Shown: piece after piece, positions 47,588 through 57,406 of the stretch
How positions within the stretch are numbered: the stretch's first letter is position 1
How the letters are laid out: each line of letters starts with the position of its first letter
DNA from: Chitinophagales bacterium
GTDB lineage: Bacteria > Bacteroidota > Bacteroidia > Chitinophagales > JADJOU01
Assembly: GCA_025455685.1 (NCBI GenBank)
Contig: JALOMB010000002.1
Location: forward strand, 5,515 to 69,514
Length of the DNA stretch: 64,000 nucleotides
Direction: 5' to 3'
Notes under the pieces: model-generated
Told to the model about the DNA's origin: nothing
Database searches by the model: none
Seen by the model: only the letters and a program-made list of their open reading frames with translations
Made by a program: the position numbers and the translations under genes

Positions 47588-48253
47588 ATGAATTCAATAA
47601 TATATGTAATACTTTACGCTGTAATATTCTTGAGCGCTTGTCGTTCAGCTTTAGTTAACTCTTCAATCAAAGCATTTCATGAGCCAGTTAAGAACATAGA
47701 CAATATAGGCATATGCAAGGGAGTTGGTGGCGACTTGATCTTAAATAAAACCGTTGCACGTTCTCTCGAAAACGAAATGAAGGTTCATTTTGATACTATT
47801 ATAGATTGTGACCAAATAACTGAAAAGCTTCACGAACATGGTATCATGAATTTTGATGAATATACTTTGAGTTTATTGAAGAAAATTTCAAATTATACAA
47901 AACAAAGATTTCTAATCGTACCTACTATATTGCTTGCGAAAGAAAGTGTAAAAGGTACTCCTAGAAACTCAGAAAGCGCTCAACTTAGGGTAAATTACCA
48001 ATTATATGATAGTTTGAAAAATGACTATTTGTTTAGCACTTTGGTTAATGCAGATGGCGGCGATGGTGCCAACCTGTTTAATACGCTTTTAGTAGAAAAA
48101 CCTTACCTGGAACCCTCTAAACTCATAGAATCTCTACCTCAGTTATCGAAGCACGCCACTAAGAGAATTTTTGATTTTATCGGTATTTCTTTTGATATGG
48201 AAGCAAAATATATCAGAGATCCAAATTACCAAAAGCAAAAAGACTCTTTATAA
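47588..48253 (+). CDS. hypothetical lipoprotein
   Basis: Signal peptide with lipobox (VIFLSAC). No family recognised. Confidence 0.5.
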   Translation: MNSIIYVILYAVIFLSACRSALVNSSIKAFHEPVKNIDNIGICKGVGGDLILNKTVARSLENEMKVHFDTIIDCDQITEKLHEHGIMNFDEYTLSLLKKISNYTKQRFLIVPTILLAKESVKGTPRNSESAQLRVNYQLYDSLKNDYLFSTLVNADGGDGANLFNTLLVEKPYLEPSKLIESLPQLSKHATKRIFDFIGISFDMEAKYIRDPNYQKQKDSL

Positions 48254-48474
48254 CCCAATATCATCCTAAAGAAATTAAAACAAATGAATTTATCGACATA
48301 TGCGCTTATAGGGATAGGTCGCGACTTGTCTCTAAAAGCGAAACAAACTATTTTGAACAATAAAAACTTTAACTCTTTCGAGACAATATGTAAATTTGAC
48401 TATTTGAAATTAAAAACAAAGGAACAAAAAAGGATTTGAGCAAAAATTCTTACATGAGGTAAAAAAATAAAAGA

Positions 48475-49287
48475 CTACTCCTCTCCACCGAGCATCGAGC
48501 CGATACCGCCGAGTAAAGCCCCACCGAGCAAACTGCCCTCTTCTTTTGAGCCACCTGTTTGAGGCGCATAGGAGATAATTCGCGCAGCCAATCTAGAAAT
48601 CGGTAAGGTCTGAAGCCAAACCTTGCCTTGTCCTGATATGCGGGCATAAAAAAATCCTTCGCCACCGAAAATTTTGTTTTTTAGCCCTTTGATCATTTCT
48701 ATTTCAAAATGAATTCCAGAAGTATATGCTACAATACAACCGGTATCTATTTTAATTACTTGACCTTGAGTTACTTCTCGCTCTACGATATGGCCTCCAG
48801 CATGTAAAAAAGCCATGCCATCACCTTCTATCTTCTGCATTATAAAGCCCTCTCCACCGAAGAGCCCTGTGCCGAGCTTTCGCTGAAACTCAATTCCTAT
48901 AGAAACACCTTTTGCAGCACATAGAAAAGCGTCTTTTTGACAGACTATTTTTCCTTGATAATTCGATAAATCGAGAGGAATAATCTTCCCAGGATAAGGA
49001 GAAGCAAAAGCGACTTGGCTTTTCCCTTGTCCGACATGCGTAAAAGCGGTCATAAATAAACTCTCCCCAGTGATAATGCGCTTACCCGCACTAAGCAGTT
49101 TTCCGAATACACCAGAACTTTCTGATTGCTGCGAACCATCACCGAAAATTGTATGCATTTCGATACCATCTCTCATATACATAAATGCTCCGGATTCCGC
49201 AACCACAGTTTCATGAGGGTCTAACTCGATCTCTACAAACTGCATTTCTTCTCCAAAAATCTTATAATCAATTTCGTGGTTTTTCAT
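48475..49287 (-). CDS. AIM24/TIGR00266 (DUF124) family protein
   Basis: N-terminal YKIFGEEMQFVEIELDPHETVVAESGAFMYM and repeated GGEGF motifs; Gly-rich C-terminal tail. Confidence 0.6.
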   Translation of the reverse strand: MKNHEIDYKIFGEEMQFVEIELDPHETVVAESGAFMYMRDGIEMHTIFGDGSQQSESSGVFGKLLSAGKRIITGESLFMTAFTHVGQGKSQVAFASPYPGKIIPLDLSNYQGKIVCQKDAFLCAAKGVSIGIEFQRKLGTGLFGGEGFIMQKIEGDGMAFLHAGGHIVEREVTQGQVIKIDTGCIVAYTSGIHFEIEMIKGLKNKIFGGEGFFYARISGQGKVWLQTLPISRLAARIISYAPQTGGSKEEGSLLGGALLGGIGSMLGGEE

Positions 49288-49323
49288 TTTTTTCTTTATT
49301 TTTTAAGTTCTTAATCGATGTTT

Positions 49324-49647
49324 CTATTTTTCTTTGAAGATAAATAAATCCTCATCTTTTTTCTTGAGCAAATACTTCTCTCTTAATATTTTTTCTTGAT
49401 AAGCAACATCTTTTTGTAAGGCTTTATACTCAACATTGCTTTTTTCTAAGGCTTTTTTATAATAATCTATTTGCTGATTCAGCTCAGCTATTTGATCGAT
49501 ACGATTGTATTGATTAATTAAATCATTATTGTCTATAAATAGCATATAAATTAAAGCAATAAAAGAAACTAAAACATATTTATTGAAAAACCAATACTTA
49601 ACTTTTAAGCGCTGATAAATTTCATAAAGATTGATATGATGTTTCAT
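49324..49647 (-). CDS. septum formation initiator (FtsB/DivIC-like) protein
   Basis: Single TM helix followed by a coiled coil (QIAELNQQIDYYKKALEKSNVEYKALQKD); 107 aa. Confidence 0.55.
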   Translation of the reverse strand: MKHHINLYEIYQRLKVKYWFFNKYVLVSFIALIYMLFIDNNDLINQYNRIDQIAELNQQIDYYKKALEKSNVEYKALQKDVAYQEKILREKYLLKKKDEDLFIFKEK

Positions 49648-50787
49648 TTATTTCAAAATATCTCTAGCAATAACTAATTTTTGAATTTCAGAGGTACCTT
49701 CTCCAATAGTACATAATTTACAATCTCTATAGTGTTTTTCAACAGGAAAATCTTTGATATAGCCATATCCGCCCATAATTTGAACAGCTTCATTAGCTAC
49801 TTCACAAGAAATTTCCGATGCATATAGTTTCGCAATGGCACTTTCCTTAGTTACTTTTTGGCCTCTATTTTTTAAATCTGCTGCTTGATATATCAACAAT
49901 TCAGCTGCTTCAATCTTCGTGGCCATGTCGGCGAGCTTAAAGCTAATAGCTTGAAACTCACTTATCGCTTTACCAAATTGTTTTCGCTCTTTGCTATATT
50001 TAAGTGCAGCCTCATAGGCTCCTTTGGCTATACCGAGACTAAGCGCAGCAATTGAAATTCGGCCTCCATCGAGAATTTTCATCGCTTGGATAAATCCCTC
50101 GCCTACTTCACCTAAGACCGCGGTTTCATCTACGACACATTCATCAAATATAACTTCAGCGGTTTCAGAAGCTCTCATACCAAGTTTATCTTCTTTTTTG
50201 CCCGCTTTTAATCCAGGATTGTTTCTTTCTACGATAAAAGCAGTCATTCCACGACTATCGAGCAATTCACCTGTTCGAGCGATTACTACGACTACATCGC
50301 CTGACTTCCCATGAGTTATGAAATTTTTATTGCCGTTGATAACATATTGATTGCCATTTTTTTTGGCTACACACTGCATTCTCATAGCATCACTACCGGT
50401 ATTGGGTTCAGTAAGTGCCCAGGCTCCGATAAATTTACCTGAAGCAAGCAGAGTAAGATATTTTTCTTTTTGTGCTTCATTGCCAAACATATTAATATGC
50501 ATGGAGCATAAGGAATTGTGTGCGGCATAAGACAATCCGACAGAGCCACAGACTTTAGCCAATTCTTCAATGGCTACGACATATTCGAAATAAGTCATTC
50601 CGGCGCCATTGTATTTTGGATCTATCAGTACACCCATAAGCCCTAAGTCGCCTAGTTTTTCAAACACTTCTCTTGGAAACTCTTGAGTTTCATCCCATTT
50701 TCTATAATTTGGCAATACTTCTTTTTCAGCAAAAGACTTTACCGTTTGGCGAATTAAATCTTGGTTTTCTGTTCTAGCAAAATTCAT
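49648..50787 (-). CDS. acyl-CoA dehydrogenase
   Basis: GAWALTEPNTGSDA, the FAD/CoA motifs, and a C-terminal catalytic Glu region (IGEGTSEIQ). The listed start 50805 is TTG inside the promoter box; ATG at 50787 is preferred. Confidence 0.9.
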   Translation of the reverse strand: MNFARTENQDLIRQTVKSFAEKEVLPNYRKWDETQEFPREVFEKLGDLGLMGVLIDPKYNGAGMTYFEYVVAIEELAKVCGSVGLSYAAHNSLCSMHINMFGNEAQKEKYLTLLASGKFIGAWALTEPNTGSDAMRMQCVAKKNGNQYVINGNKNFITHGKSGDVVVVIARTGELLDSRGMTAFIVERNNPGLKAGKKEDKLGMRASETAEVIFDECVVDETAVLGEVGEGFIQAMKILDGGRISIAALSLGIAKGAYEAALKYSKERKQFGKAISEFQAISFKLADMATKIEAAELLIYQAADLKNRGQKVTKESAIAKLYASEISCEVANEAVQIMGGYGYIKDFPVEKHYRDCKLCTIGEGTSEIQKLVIARDILK

Positions 50788-50802
50788 AAATCTTGATTTT
50801 TG

Positions 50803-50810
50803 CAAATTTA
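50803..50810 (-). promoter_or_regulatory. -7 promoter box TAaaTTTG(CAAA) for the acyl-CoA dehydrogenase gene
   Basis: TAnnTTTG on the minus strand, 15 nt upstream of the ATG at 50787. Confidence 0.5.
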
Positions 50811-50885
50811 AAGAAAAAAAATAGTTTTCACAGATAAAATATCAACAAGTTATTTAAATGTATACATTTTATAGGCACAATCTAA

Positions 50886-51686
50886 TTAATAAGGCGCAGT
50901 TTTTTCTAATTGCTCTACTCTACCCACTACCAAAATACTAACTTCGAAAAGCAAAATCAAAGGAATAGTGACCATAACCTGTGAAATTATATCTCCTCCT
51001 GGTGTAATAGCTGCAGCTACGAGCAATAAAGCAATATAGAGATGTTTTCGATAAGAGATAAGCATTTGCTGATGGATTACACCGAATTTAGTTAAAAGAT
51101 AAGCCAATACTGGCAACTCAAAGCTTAATCCTGACCACAATACAGCCGATGACAAATTATCAAAATAATTAGCTAAGTTAGGCAAATCAACTATTTTGTC
51201 TGAAATTTGATACTGCATGAGAAATAAAACCGTAAGAGGAAAAACGAAAAAATAGCCAAAAGAAGCACCCAGTAAAAACAAAATAAATCCGAATCCTAAA
51301 AGTAATCTAGAATATTGCAACTCATTTGCGGTCAAAGCAGGTTTGATAAATAACCAAAGTTCGAAAAGGAAATAGGGTGTACCTACTACTAGAGCTAAGA
51401 CAAAAGAAGTCTGCAAATGAATATAAAACTGCCCAGCAAGTTCAGTATTGATTAAATTCACTTTGATTTGTGTCATACACATGGCCTGATCTAGATAGCA
51501 AAGCAATTTATACGTAAAAAAATTAGGGTCTAAAGGTGCGAATAAGATGTCATTGAAGATTATTCTGCTATTGAGAAAAATCAATATACATAGAAGTGAA
51601 ACTACTAAAATGGAACGAATGACATGCTTTCTAAGGATTTCTAAATGGTCAAAGAAATTCAAACCGCTTTTATTCTCTATAGCCAT
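50886..51686 (-). CDS. tatC: twin-arginine translocase subunit TatC
   Basis: FFDHLEILRKH start, six TM helices, ITPGGD motif. Confidence 0.87.
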   Translation of the reverse strand: MAIENKSGLNFFDHLEILRKHVIRSILVVSLLCILIFLNSRIIFNDILFAPLDPNFFTYKLLCYLDQAMCMTQIKVNLINTELAGQFYIHLQTSFVLALVVGTPYFLFELWLFIKPALTANELQYSRLLLGFGFILFLLGASFGYFFVFPLTVLFLMQYQISDKIVDLPNLANYFDNLSSAVLWSGLSFELPVLAYLLTKFGVIHQQMLISYRKHLYIALLLVAAAITPGGDIISQVMVTIPLILLFEVSILVVGRVEQLEKTAPY

Positions 51687-51716
51687 ATGTAGCGAAAATT
51701 ATCAAAACCAATTTGA

Positions 51717-52253
51717 TTAAGGACAAGAAATTTTGTTTAGTGCATCTAAGCCATTTTGGTAATCCTGAGTTATGAAAAAATTCATCATTGTATACATTAT
51801 TCCGCTAAAAGGTTTTAGGTACAATTCTTTTGGTGTCGAATAATCCATAGTCCAGCAAATTTCATTTTTTCCTTCAACTTTATTGAGGTACATTTTTGAT
51901 TTTGTAGGTGGATAGCCTGCAAACTCTAAAGAAAATAAAACATGCTGATTGCTTTTTTCGATCAAAGTCATTTTACCTTTACCTACTTTAACATTTCCAG
52001 ACCAAGTCATTGAAGAATTAAGCTCTCCCATAATGCCATCATAACTTTTGGTCATATTTGGGTCTAATTTTTCCCAAGGGCTCCATTGACTAAATTTCTG
52101 CAAATCAGACATATATTCTATGGCGCAGTTTTCTGAAATTTCGAGTTGTTTACAGACTTTAAATTCATTGGATTTAGGTAAAATTAAACCTAAAACGACT
52201 AAACCAAAAAAGAAAATTAAAAAGAATGAAAAAATGGTTTTTAAGAAGCGCAT
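51717..52253 (-). CDS. SRPBCC (START/polyketide cyclase-like) family protein with N-terminal anchor
   Basis: N-terminal TM helix followed by the QWSPWEKLDP pattern typical of SRPBCC proteins. Confidence 0.5.
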   Translation of the reverse strand: MRFLKTIFSFFLIFFFGLVVLGLILPKSNEFKVCKQLEISENCAIEYMSDLQKFSQWSPWEKLDPNMTKSYDGIMGELNSSMTWSGNVKVGKGKMTLIEKSNQHVLFSLEFAGYPPTKSKMYLNKVEGKNEICWTMDYSTPKELYLKPFSGIMYTMMNFFITQDYQNGLDALNKISCP

Positions 52254-52313
52254 AATTTGATTTTTAAATTACAAATATAATTTTTTTTAATAAAAGATAT
52301 TAGAAAATAAAAA

Positions 52314-53138
52314 TTATGGAAATTTCGGGTATTGCTGAAAATTAGGTGGACGTTTTTCTAAAAAGGCGTTTTTCCCTTCCTGAGCTTCTTCCATGAGATA
52401 ATACATCAAAGTAGCGTCTCCCGCCATTTCCATTATACCAGTTTGTCCGTCCAACTCGGCATTAAAGCCCCTTTTGAGCATCCGTAAAGCGAGAGGACTT
52501 CGTTGCATCATGACTTGAATCATTTCTACGGTGTTCTTTTCGAGATAATCTTCCGGGAAAACGTAGTTTACTAAACCTATCTCTAAGGCTTCATAAGCCG
52601 AATATTGATAACATGTAAACCATATCTCTCTCGCTTTTTTCTGTCCTACATGTCGCGCGAGATAGCTCGATCCGAATCCCGCATCAAAACTACCTACCTT
52701 CGGTCCTGTTTGGCCAAAAATAGCAGTATTGCTCGCTACGCTGATATCACATACCACATGCAACACATGTCCACCACCAATAGCATACCCGTTGACCATT
52801 GCGATAACAGGCTTAGGCAAAGAACGAATTTTTTTATGGATATCCAAAACATTTAAACGAGGGACACCTGATTCATCAATATAGCCTCCACTACCCTTTA
52901 CTTCTTGGTCTCCCCCACTACAAAAAGCTTTTTTGCCTTCTCCTGTAATGATGACTGCATTAATCTCTTGATTTTCTCTACAGATTTCCAAAGCGTCTAG
53001 TATTTCTTTATTCGTCTTTGGGCGAAATGCATTATGTTTATCTACTCTATTAAAGCTAATCTTAGCAATTCCATTATAAAAAGTAAATAAAATATCTTCA
53101 TATTGCTTCAATGTTGTCCAAGGATAGGTTAACTTCAT
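52314..53138 (-). CDS. menB: 1,4-dihydroxy-2-naphthoyl-CoA synthase
   Basis: Crotonase fold with [19 protein letters not shown] and [14 protein letters not shown] motifs characteristic of MenB. Confidence 0.92.
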   Translation of the reverse strand: MKLTYPWTTLKQYEDILFTFYNGIAKISFNRVDKHNAFRPKTNKEILDALEICRENQEINAVIITGEGKKAFCSGGDQEVKGSGGYIDESGVPRLNVLDIHKKIRSLPKPVIAMVNGYAIGGGHVLHVVCDISVASNTAIFGQTGPKVGSFDAGFGSSYLARHVGQKKAREIWFTCYQYSAYEALEIGLVNYVFPEDYLEKNTVEMIQVMMQRSPLALRMLKRGFNAELDGQTGIMEMAGDATLMYYLMEEAQEGKNAFLEKRPPNFQQYPKFP

Positions 53139-53614
53139 GATTTTTTAAGTTTAATTGTCCAAAAGTAAGTAAATTCTGAAATTAAAACCCCATCGATATC
53201 CACACCGTGTGAACTTAAAGATATAACTACATCTTCACCTGTAGCTATCGTTTGTGCTATTGCATTCTTAATCAAGGCTTTATCTGTGTCATCACAAGTG
53301 AAAACGATATCTTTTAATCCTCTTTTGATGAATTTTGCATTCATGTCGAGTACAAACATTGAAATTTTATAGCCGGATTTTGCTATTTCCTGCATGACCA
53401 AAACGCCAGTACTTAGCTCAGATGCCATACACATTGAAGCAAAATAGGTCGTTTTAAAGGGATTTAAATTCATTTTCTTATAAGGCAATAACACCTGTGA
53501 TTTTGAACCACTTAAGCTCAACAAGCTAATAGAAGCGAAAAAAGCTGCTCTCAAATTACTAAAGAGATACAGTTTGAACCAAAATGGATTCTTGAGTTTT
53601 TCTAAATTTTTCAT
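53135..53614 (-). CDS. uncharacterised protein, possibly hotdog-fold (DUF4442-like)
   Basis: 159 aa, overlapping menB and the kinase gene by 4 nt each. The DUF4442/hotdog assignment is a weak recollection based on [24 protein letters not shown]. Confidence 0.35.
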   Translation of the reverse strand: MKNLEKLKNPFWFKLYLFSNLRAAFFASISLLSLSGSKSQVLLPYKKMNLNPFKTTYFASMCMASELSTGVLVMQEIAKSGYKISMFVLDMNAKFIKRGLKDIVFTCDDTDKALIKNAIAQTIATGEDVVISLSSHGVDIDGVLISEFTYFWTIKLKKS

Positions 53615-54207
53615 AAAGAAGTTTTTAAAATAGAGTTTAGCAAAATAATGTTATCTTCTTGATTGTCAATGCAATAATTGACTATATTAATGTCAACATC
53701 GTTCATTAAATCTTTATCTTGTAGTACCTTTAGATAACTTAAATGGATTTTTTCAAGATAATCTAAGGCAATATTGACTTCATAAACGCGATTTCTTTGT
53801 TTTATGTTTTGATAAATTGATGATAAATCTGAATTTAAATATATGATTTTCTGAGGTTTAGGAAGCATATCTCTATACTCTTTCCAAAAGTTCATAAATA
53901 ATTCTAATTCAACTCCAGCTAAATTGACGTAAGCAAAAACCAAAGGCTTAATGTATGAGAAATCGCTAATTACTAGAGACTTAGATTGAGGTATCTGAGA
54001 TAGTAGTTTTTTTCGAGAATGTAGAAATTTCATTTCTAATGCAAAACACCACCTTTCAGGATTTTCATAGAATAGTTTGAGGAGTTCAAACGCATCAAAT
54101 TCTTCATATATTGCTTGAAAATTATGATTTTTCGCAAGATTCTGAATCAAGGTTGTTTTACCAACGCCAATGACACCCTCTATAGCAATGTATTGATAAT
54201 CATTCAT
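53611..54207 (-). CDS. deoxynucleoside kinase (dCK/dGK family)
   Basis: P-loop IEGVIGVGKTT, then the ERS-like and DRYIFA-like regions. The stop abuts the folK-adjacent start. Confidence 0.75.
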   Translation of the reverse strand: MNDYQYIAIEGVIGVGKTTLIQNLAKNHNFQAIYEEFDAFELLKLFYENPERWCFALEMKFLHSRKKLLSQIPQSKSLVISDFSYIKPLVFAYVNLAGVELELFMNFWKEYRDMLPKPQKIIYLNSDLSSIYQNIKQRNRVYEVNIALDYLEKIHLSYLKVLQDKDLMNDVDINIVNYCIDNQEDNIILLNSILKTSL

Positions 54208-54900
54208 TTAGAATGGTTTAAATAAAGTAACTTGGCAATCATCTTGAAGTGTTTTCAATAGTTCATCAATACTAAGTCCTATAGTGGGATGAATAGCGTT
54301 AGGCGCAATTTCTGCCAAAGGCACCAACGAAAATCTTCTTAAGTGCATTTGAGGATGTGGCAAGCATAAATCTAAGTTCTGGCTTTCTGAATCCTCATTT
54401 CTTGAGATAGGCTGATCAAAATCATCCTCGAAGTTTGCGGCTTCATCATCGAAGTCAATCGAACTATCATATTCATCATCAAAGGAATCTAAGCGCTCTA
54501 AAGGCTCAGTGGTAAAGCTATCTGATCCACCATCGAAATTATCTTCAAACAAAAATGGTTCAATAAATTCAGGATATATCATATCTCGATACAATAAGAT
54601 ATCAATATCAATTTCTCTAGGTCCCCAAGTGTAAGTATTTGATCTTCCGATGATTAACTCAATTTTTTGAATTTTTTCGAGTAACGCTAATGGGGATAAT
54701 TTAGTATCAATAGCTAAAGCTAGATTCAAGAATTCATCTTGATCTTTTTCACCCCAAGGTTCTGTGAGATAAAATGAGGAGTGTTGCATGACCTTGCCAG
54801 CTGTTTGACCGATTAAGTCAACAGCTTGTCGAATATTTGCTTCTTTTTGTCCTAAATTAGCGCCAAGCAATAAATACACAAAATCTTTTTCATTTGACAT
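54208..54900 (-). CDS. folK: 2-amino-4-hydroxy-6-hydroxymethyldihydropteridine diphosphokinase with a large acidic insertion
   Basis: HPPK motifs LLGANLG, SSFYLTEPWG, WGPREIDIDILLY and LPHPQMHLRRFSLVPLAEI, split by about 65 Asp/Glu/Phe/Ser-rich residues. The listed start 54909 is TTG; ATG at 54900 is preferred. Confidence 0.75.
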   Translation of the reverse strand: MSNEKDFVYLLLGANLGQKEANIRQAVDLIGQTAGKVMQHSSFYLTEPWGEKDQDEFLNLALAIDTKLSPLALLEKIQKIELIIGRSNTYTWGPREIDIDILLYRDMIYPEFIEPFLFEDNFDGGSDSFTTEPLERLDSFDDEYDSSIDFDDEAANFEDDFDQPISRNEDSESQNLDLCLPHPQMHLRRFSLVPLAEIAPNAIHPTIGLSIDELLKTLQDDCQVTLFKPF

Positions 54901-55012
54901 AAATTTCAAAATTTCAGCACAATATTACGCAAAAAATACCAAAGCAGCTCTTATTTTTATCCACGAACACGTCACAATTATTTTTAAATACTTTATATTA
55001 CAAGAAATGTAT

Positions 55013-55020
55013 TATTTTTG
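55013..55020 (+). promoter_or_regulatory. -7 promoter box TAttTTTG for sppA
   Basis: TAnnTTTG 19 nt before the ATG at 55040. Confidence 0.5.
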
Positions 55021-55039
55021 TAACAAATTAAATTTTTAT

Positions 55040-56806
55040 ATGAGAAAATTCATTCAACATGTATTATCCGTAATAATTGGTAATGCGATTTTTTTAGGAC
55101 TTTTATCCATAGTTTTTTTTGCTTTACTTGTCGGACTTATCGCAAGCAGCAGTAAATCTAACGCACCAAAAGTAGAAGCAAATTCTATTCTTAAAATTAC
55201 TCTTTATCCAAACATGATCGAAACTCGGTCTAGCTATGAAGATAAAGGTATGAATTTCATGCAAAATGAGATTCAAATGAGTGTTTTTGATATTTTAGAG
55301 GTTATAAATGACGCTAAAAACAATAATGACATCAAAGGTATTTTGGTAGAAATGACTCCTGTCGAATCAGGCTCTTATGCTAATATCGATTTGATTCGTC
55401 AAGCCCTAATCGACTTCAAGGCTTCAAATAAACCTGTTTTGGCTTATGGTGAGCTTGCTTCTCAAAAAAGCTATTATTTAGCTTCGGCAGCTGACAAGAT
55501 ATTTATTAATCCTGCCGGAGGAATTGGATTAAGTGGATTTGGAGCATCTTTGGCATTTTTCAAAGGAACTTTAGACAAAGTGGGCATTGAGCCTCAAATT
55601 ATCTATGCTGGAAAATTTAAATCTGCTACTGAGCCCTTGCGATTGACTAAAATGAGTGAGGAGAACAAAATTCAAATCAAAGAGTATCTTGCAGATATCG
55701 CCTCTGTAGTGTATAAAAACATATTAGACGCTCGCAAAATCGACTCAGCAACTTTGATTGAAGGTATAAATTCTATGAAAGCCCTCAAAGTAGAAGAAGC
55801 CAAAAAATTAAAATTAGTAGATGATATAATGTATTGGGATGAAGTGGAGTCTATTCTAGAAAAACAAATCAATATCAGCAAAGACAAAATAAAATACGTT
55901 TCTGCTTTAAATTATATCAATGATATTGGCCTATCTGATAAATCGCAAGACATAGCAGTTTATTGCGCTGAAGGAGACATCGTGGATTATAAGTCTTCAG
56001 ATATAGCTATATATTCTAAAAAAGTCGTCAAAGACCTTAGAAAAATAGCTGGAAACGATAAAATCAAAGCAGTAATTTTGAGAGTTAACTCTCCTGGCGG
56101 CTCTGTATTGGCTTCTGATGTGATTTACAGAGAGCTCAAACTCCTAAAAGCCAAAAAACCTGTCGTCGTATCAATGGGTAGTTATGCTGCATCAGGTGGT
56201 TATTATATCTCAGCCTTAGCAGATAGGATTTTCGCAGAGCCAAATACACTTACAGGCTCTATTGGTGTTTTTTCTATAATTCCAAACATGAAAAGATTAT
56301 TTGAAGAAAAAATCGGAATGACTTTTGATGAAGTAGAACTCAATGATCACGCAGTTTTAGGATTAAACAAATCATTGGACGCTAGTGAAAAAGCTATGTT
56401 CGAAGTACAAGTAGTAGAAATATATGATAAATTCAAAAAAATCGTATCAGAAGGTCGAAAATTACCTTTGGAACAAGTGGAAGCAGTAGCACAAGGAAGA
56501 GTTTGGACTGGAAATCGAGCTAAAAGCTTAGGATTGGTTGATGAAATTGGTTCTTTGCCACAGGCTGCTGACTATTTAGCCAAAACATATAAACTTGAGC
56601 CGAAGTATTTCTTTGTAAATACACAGCCTTCCTTTTTTGAAACCTTGCTATCAGATTTAAATTCTAATGATGCAATGTTGTTTGTCAAACAGCGCTTGAT
56701 TCAGAGTTTACTTCCTGAATATGCTCAAATCATTGAAAAAATAGAAAAAATAAAAGGCTACCAAGGTGTTCAGGCTCGCTTACTCAACGAAGTAGAAATA
56801 AAATAG
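55040..56806 (+). CDS. sppA: signal peptide peptidase SppA, 67K type
   Basis: N-terminal TM helix and two tandem S49 domains (SPGGSVLASD catalytic Ser region, GSYAASGGYY). ATG at 55040 is preferred over 55007. Confidence 0.87.
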   Translation: MRKFIQHVLSVIIGNAIFLGLLSIVFFALLVGLIASSSKSNAPKVEANSILKITLYPNMIETRSSYEDKGMNFMQNEIQMSVFDILEVINDAKNNNDIKGILVEMTPVESGSYANIDLIRQALIDFKASNKPVLAYGELASQKSYYLASAADKIFINPAGGIGLSGFGASLAFFKGTLDKVGIEPQIIYAGKFKSATEPLRLTKMSEENKIQIKEYLADIASVVYKNILDARKIDSATLIEGINSMKALKVEEAKKLKLVDDIMYWDEVESILEKQINISKDKIKYVSALNYINDIGLSDKSQDIAVYCAEGDIVDYKSSDIAIYSKKVVKDLRKIAGNDKIKAVILRVNSPGGSVLASDVIYRELKLLKAKKPVVVSMGSYAASGGYYISALADRIFAEPNTLTGSIGVFSIIPNMKRLFEEKIGMTFDEVELNDHAVLGLNKSLDASEKAMFEVQVVEIYDKFKKIVSEGRKLPLEQVEAVAQGRVWTGNRAKSLGLVDEIGSLPQAADYLAKTYKLEPKYFFVNTQPSFFETLLSDLNSNDAMLFVKQRLIQSLLPEYAQIIEKIEKIKGYQGVQARLLNEVEIK

Positions 56807-56809
56807 TCT

Positions 56810-57406
56810 GTGAATTGCTTCGTTTATGCTTATTTTGGTTCGGTTCGTTTATGGCACAAAATGCTAACCCAAGAACCTAATTTTGTAATTGAAGATTTCA
56901 TATTGGATAAATCCAATTTGCCCAATAAGATGTATATTGCCTCCTCTCAAGGAATTTTATTACGTTCAGTCCCTGTAAAAGGAGGTCGAAACCCACGAAA
57001 AAAACTCAGTGACATAGATATCTTAGACGATTTAAATTGGCGTAGTCAACACAAACATGCCTTAACGGCAGCCTATAATCACAGCCCTTATTTTGAGTTT
57101 TATAAGCATGAATTATTCGATTTGCTCGAAAAAAACTATACTAGCTTACTTGAACTAAATAAGAATACAATGATTTGGGTCTCAAAAGCCTTGAAAGTAA
57201 CTTTGGACATAGTGCCTACAACTTATCAAAATTGCAACCCTGGGCATGTATTTCAAGATAAAAAAGAACAAAACTTGAAAAATTCGCCTTATCGACAAGT
57301 CTTCGAAGAACAAATTGGATTTCTGCCCAACCTCTGTGTTTTAGATGTATTATTTAATTTGGCAAGACATAGTAAATCTTATTTAATCGAGGCTTATAAT
57401 GCCTAA
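56810..57406 (+). CDS. WbqC family protein
   Basis: GTG start. The NHSPYFEFYKHELFDLL region matches my recollection of WbqC-like proteins. Confidence 0.5.
   Translation: MNCFVYAYFGSVRLWHKMLTQEPNFVIEDFILDKSNLPNKMYIASSQGILLRSVPVKGGRNPRKKLSDIDILDDLNWRSQHKHALTAAYNHSPYFEFYKHELFDLLEKNYTSLLELNKNTMIWVSKALKVTLDIVPTTYQNCNPGHVFQDKKEQNLKNSPYRQVFEEQIGFLPNLCVLDVLFNLARHSKSYLIEAYNA

Noticed and set aside
48284-48439. 51-codon ORF in the gap before the AIM24 gene as a confident gene call
   Set aside because: It has no promoter box, no recognisable motif and is short. It is mentioned in the islet finding but not annotated as a feature.
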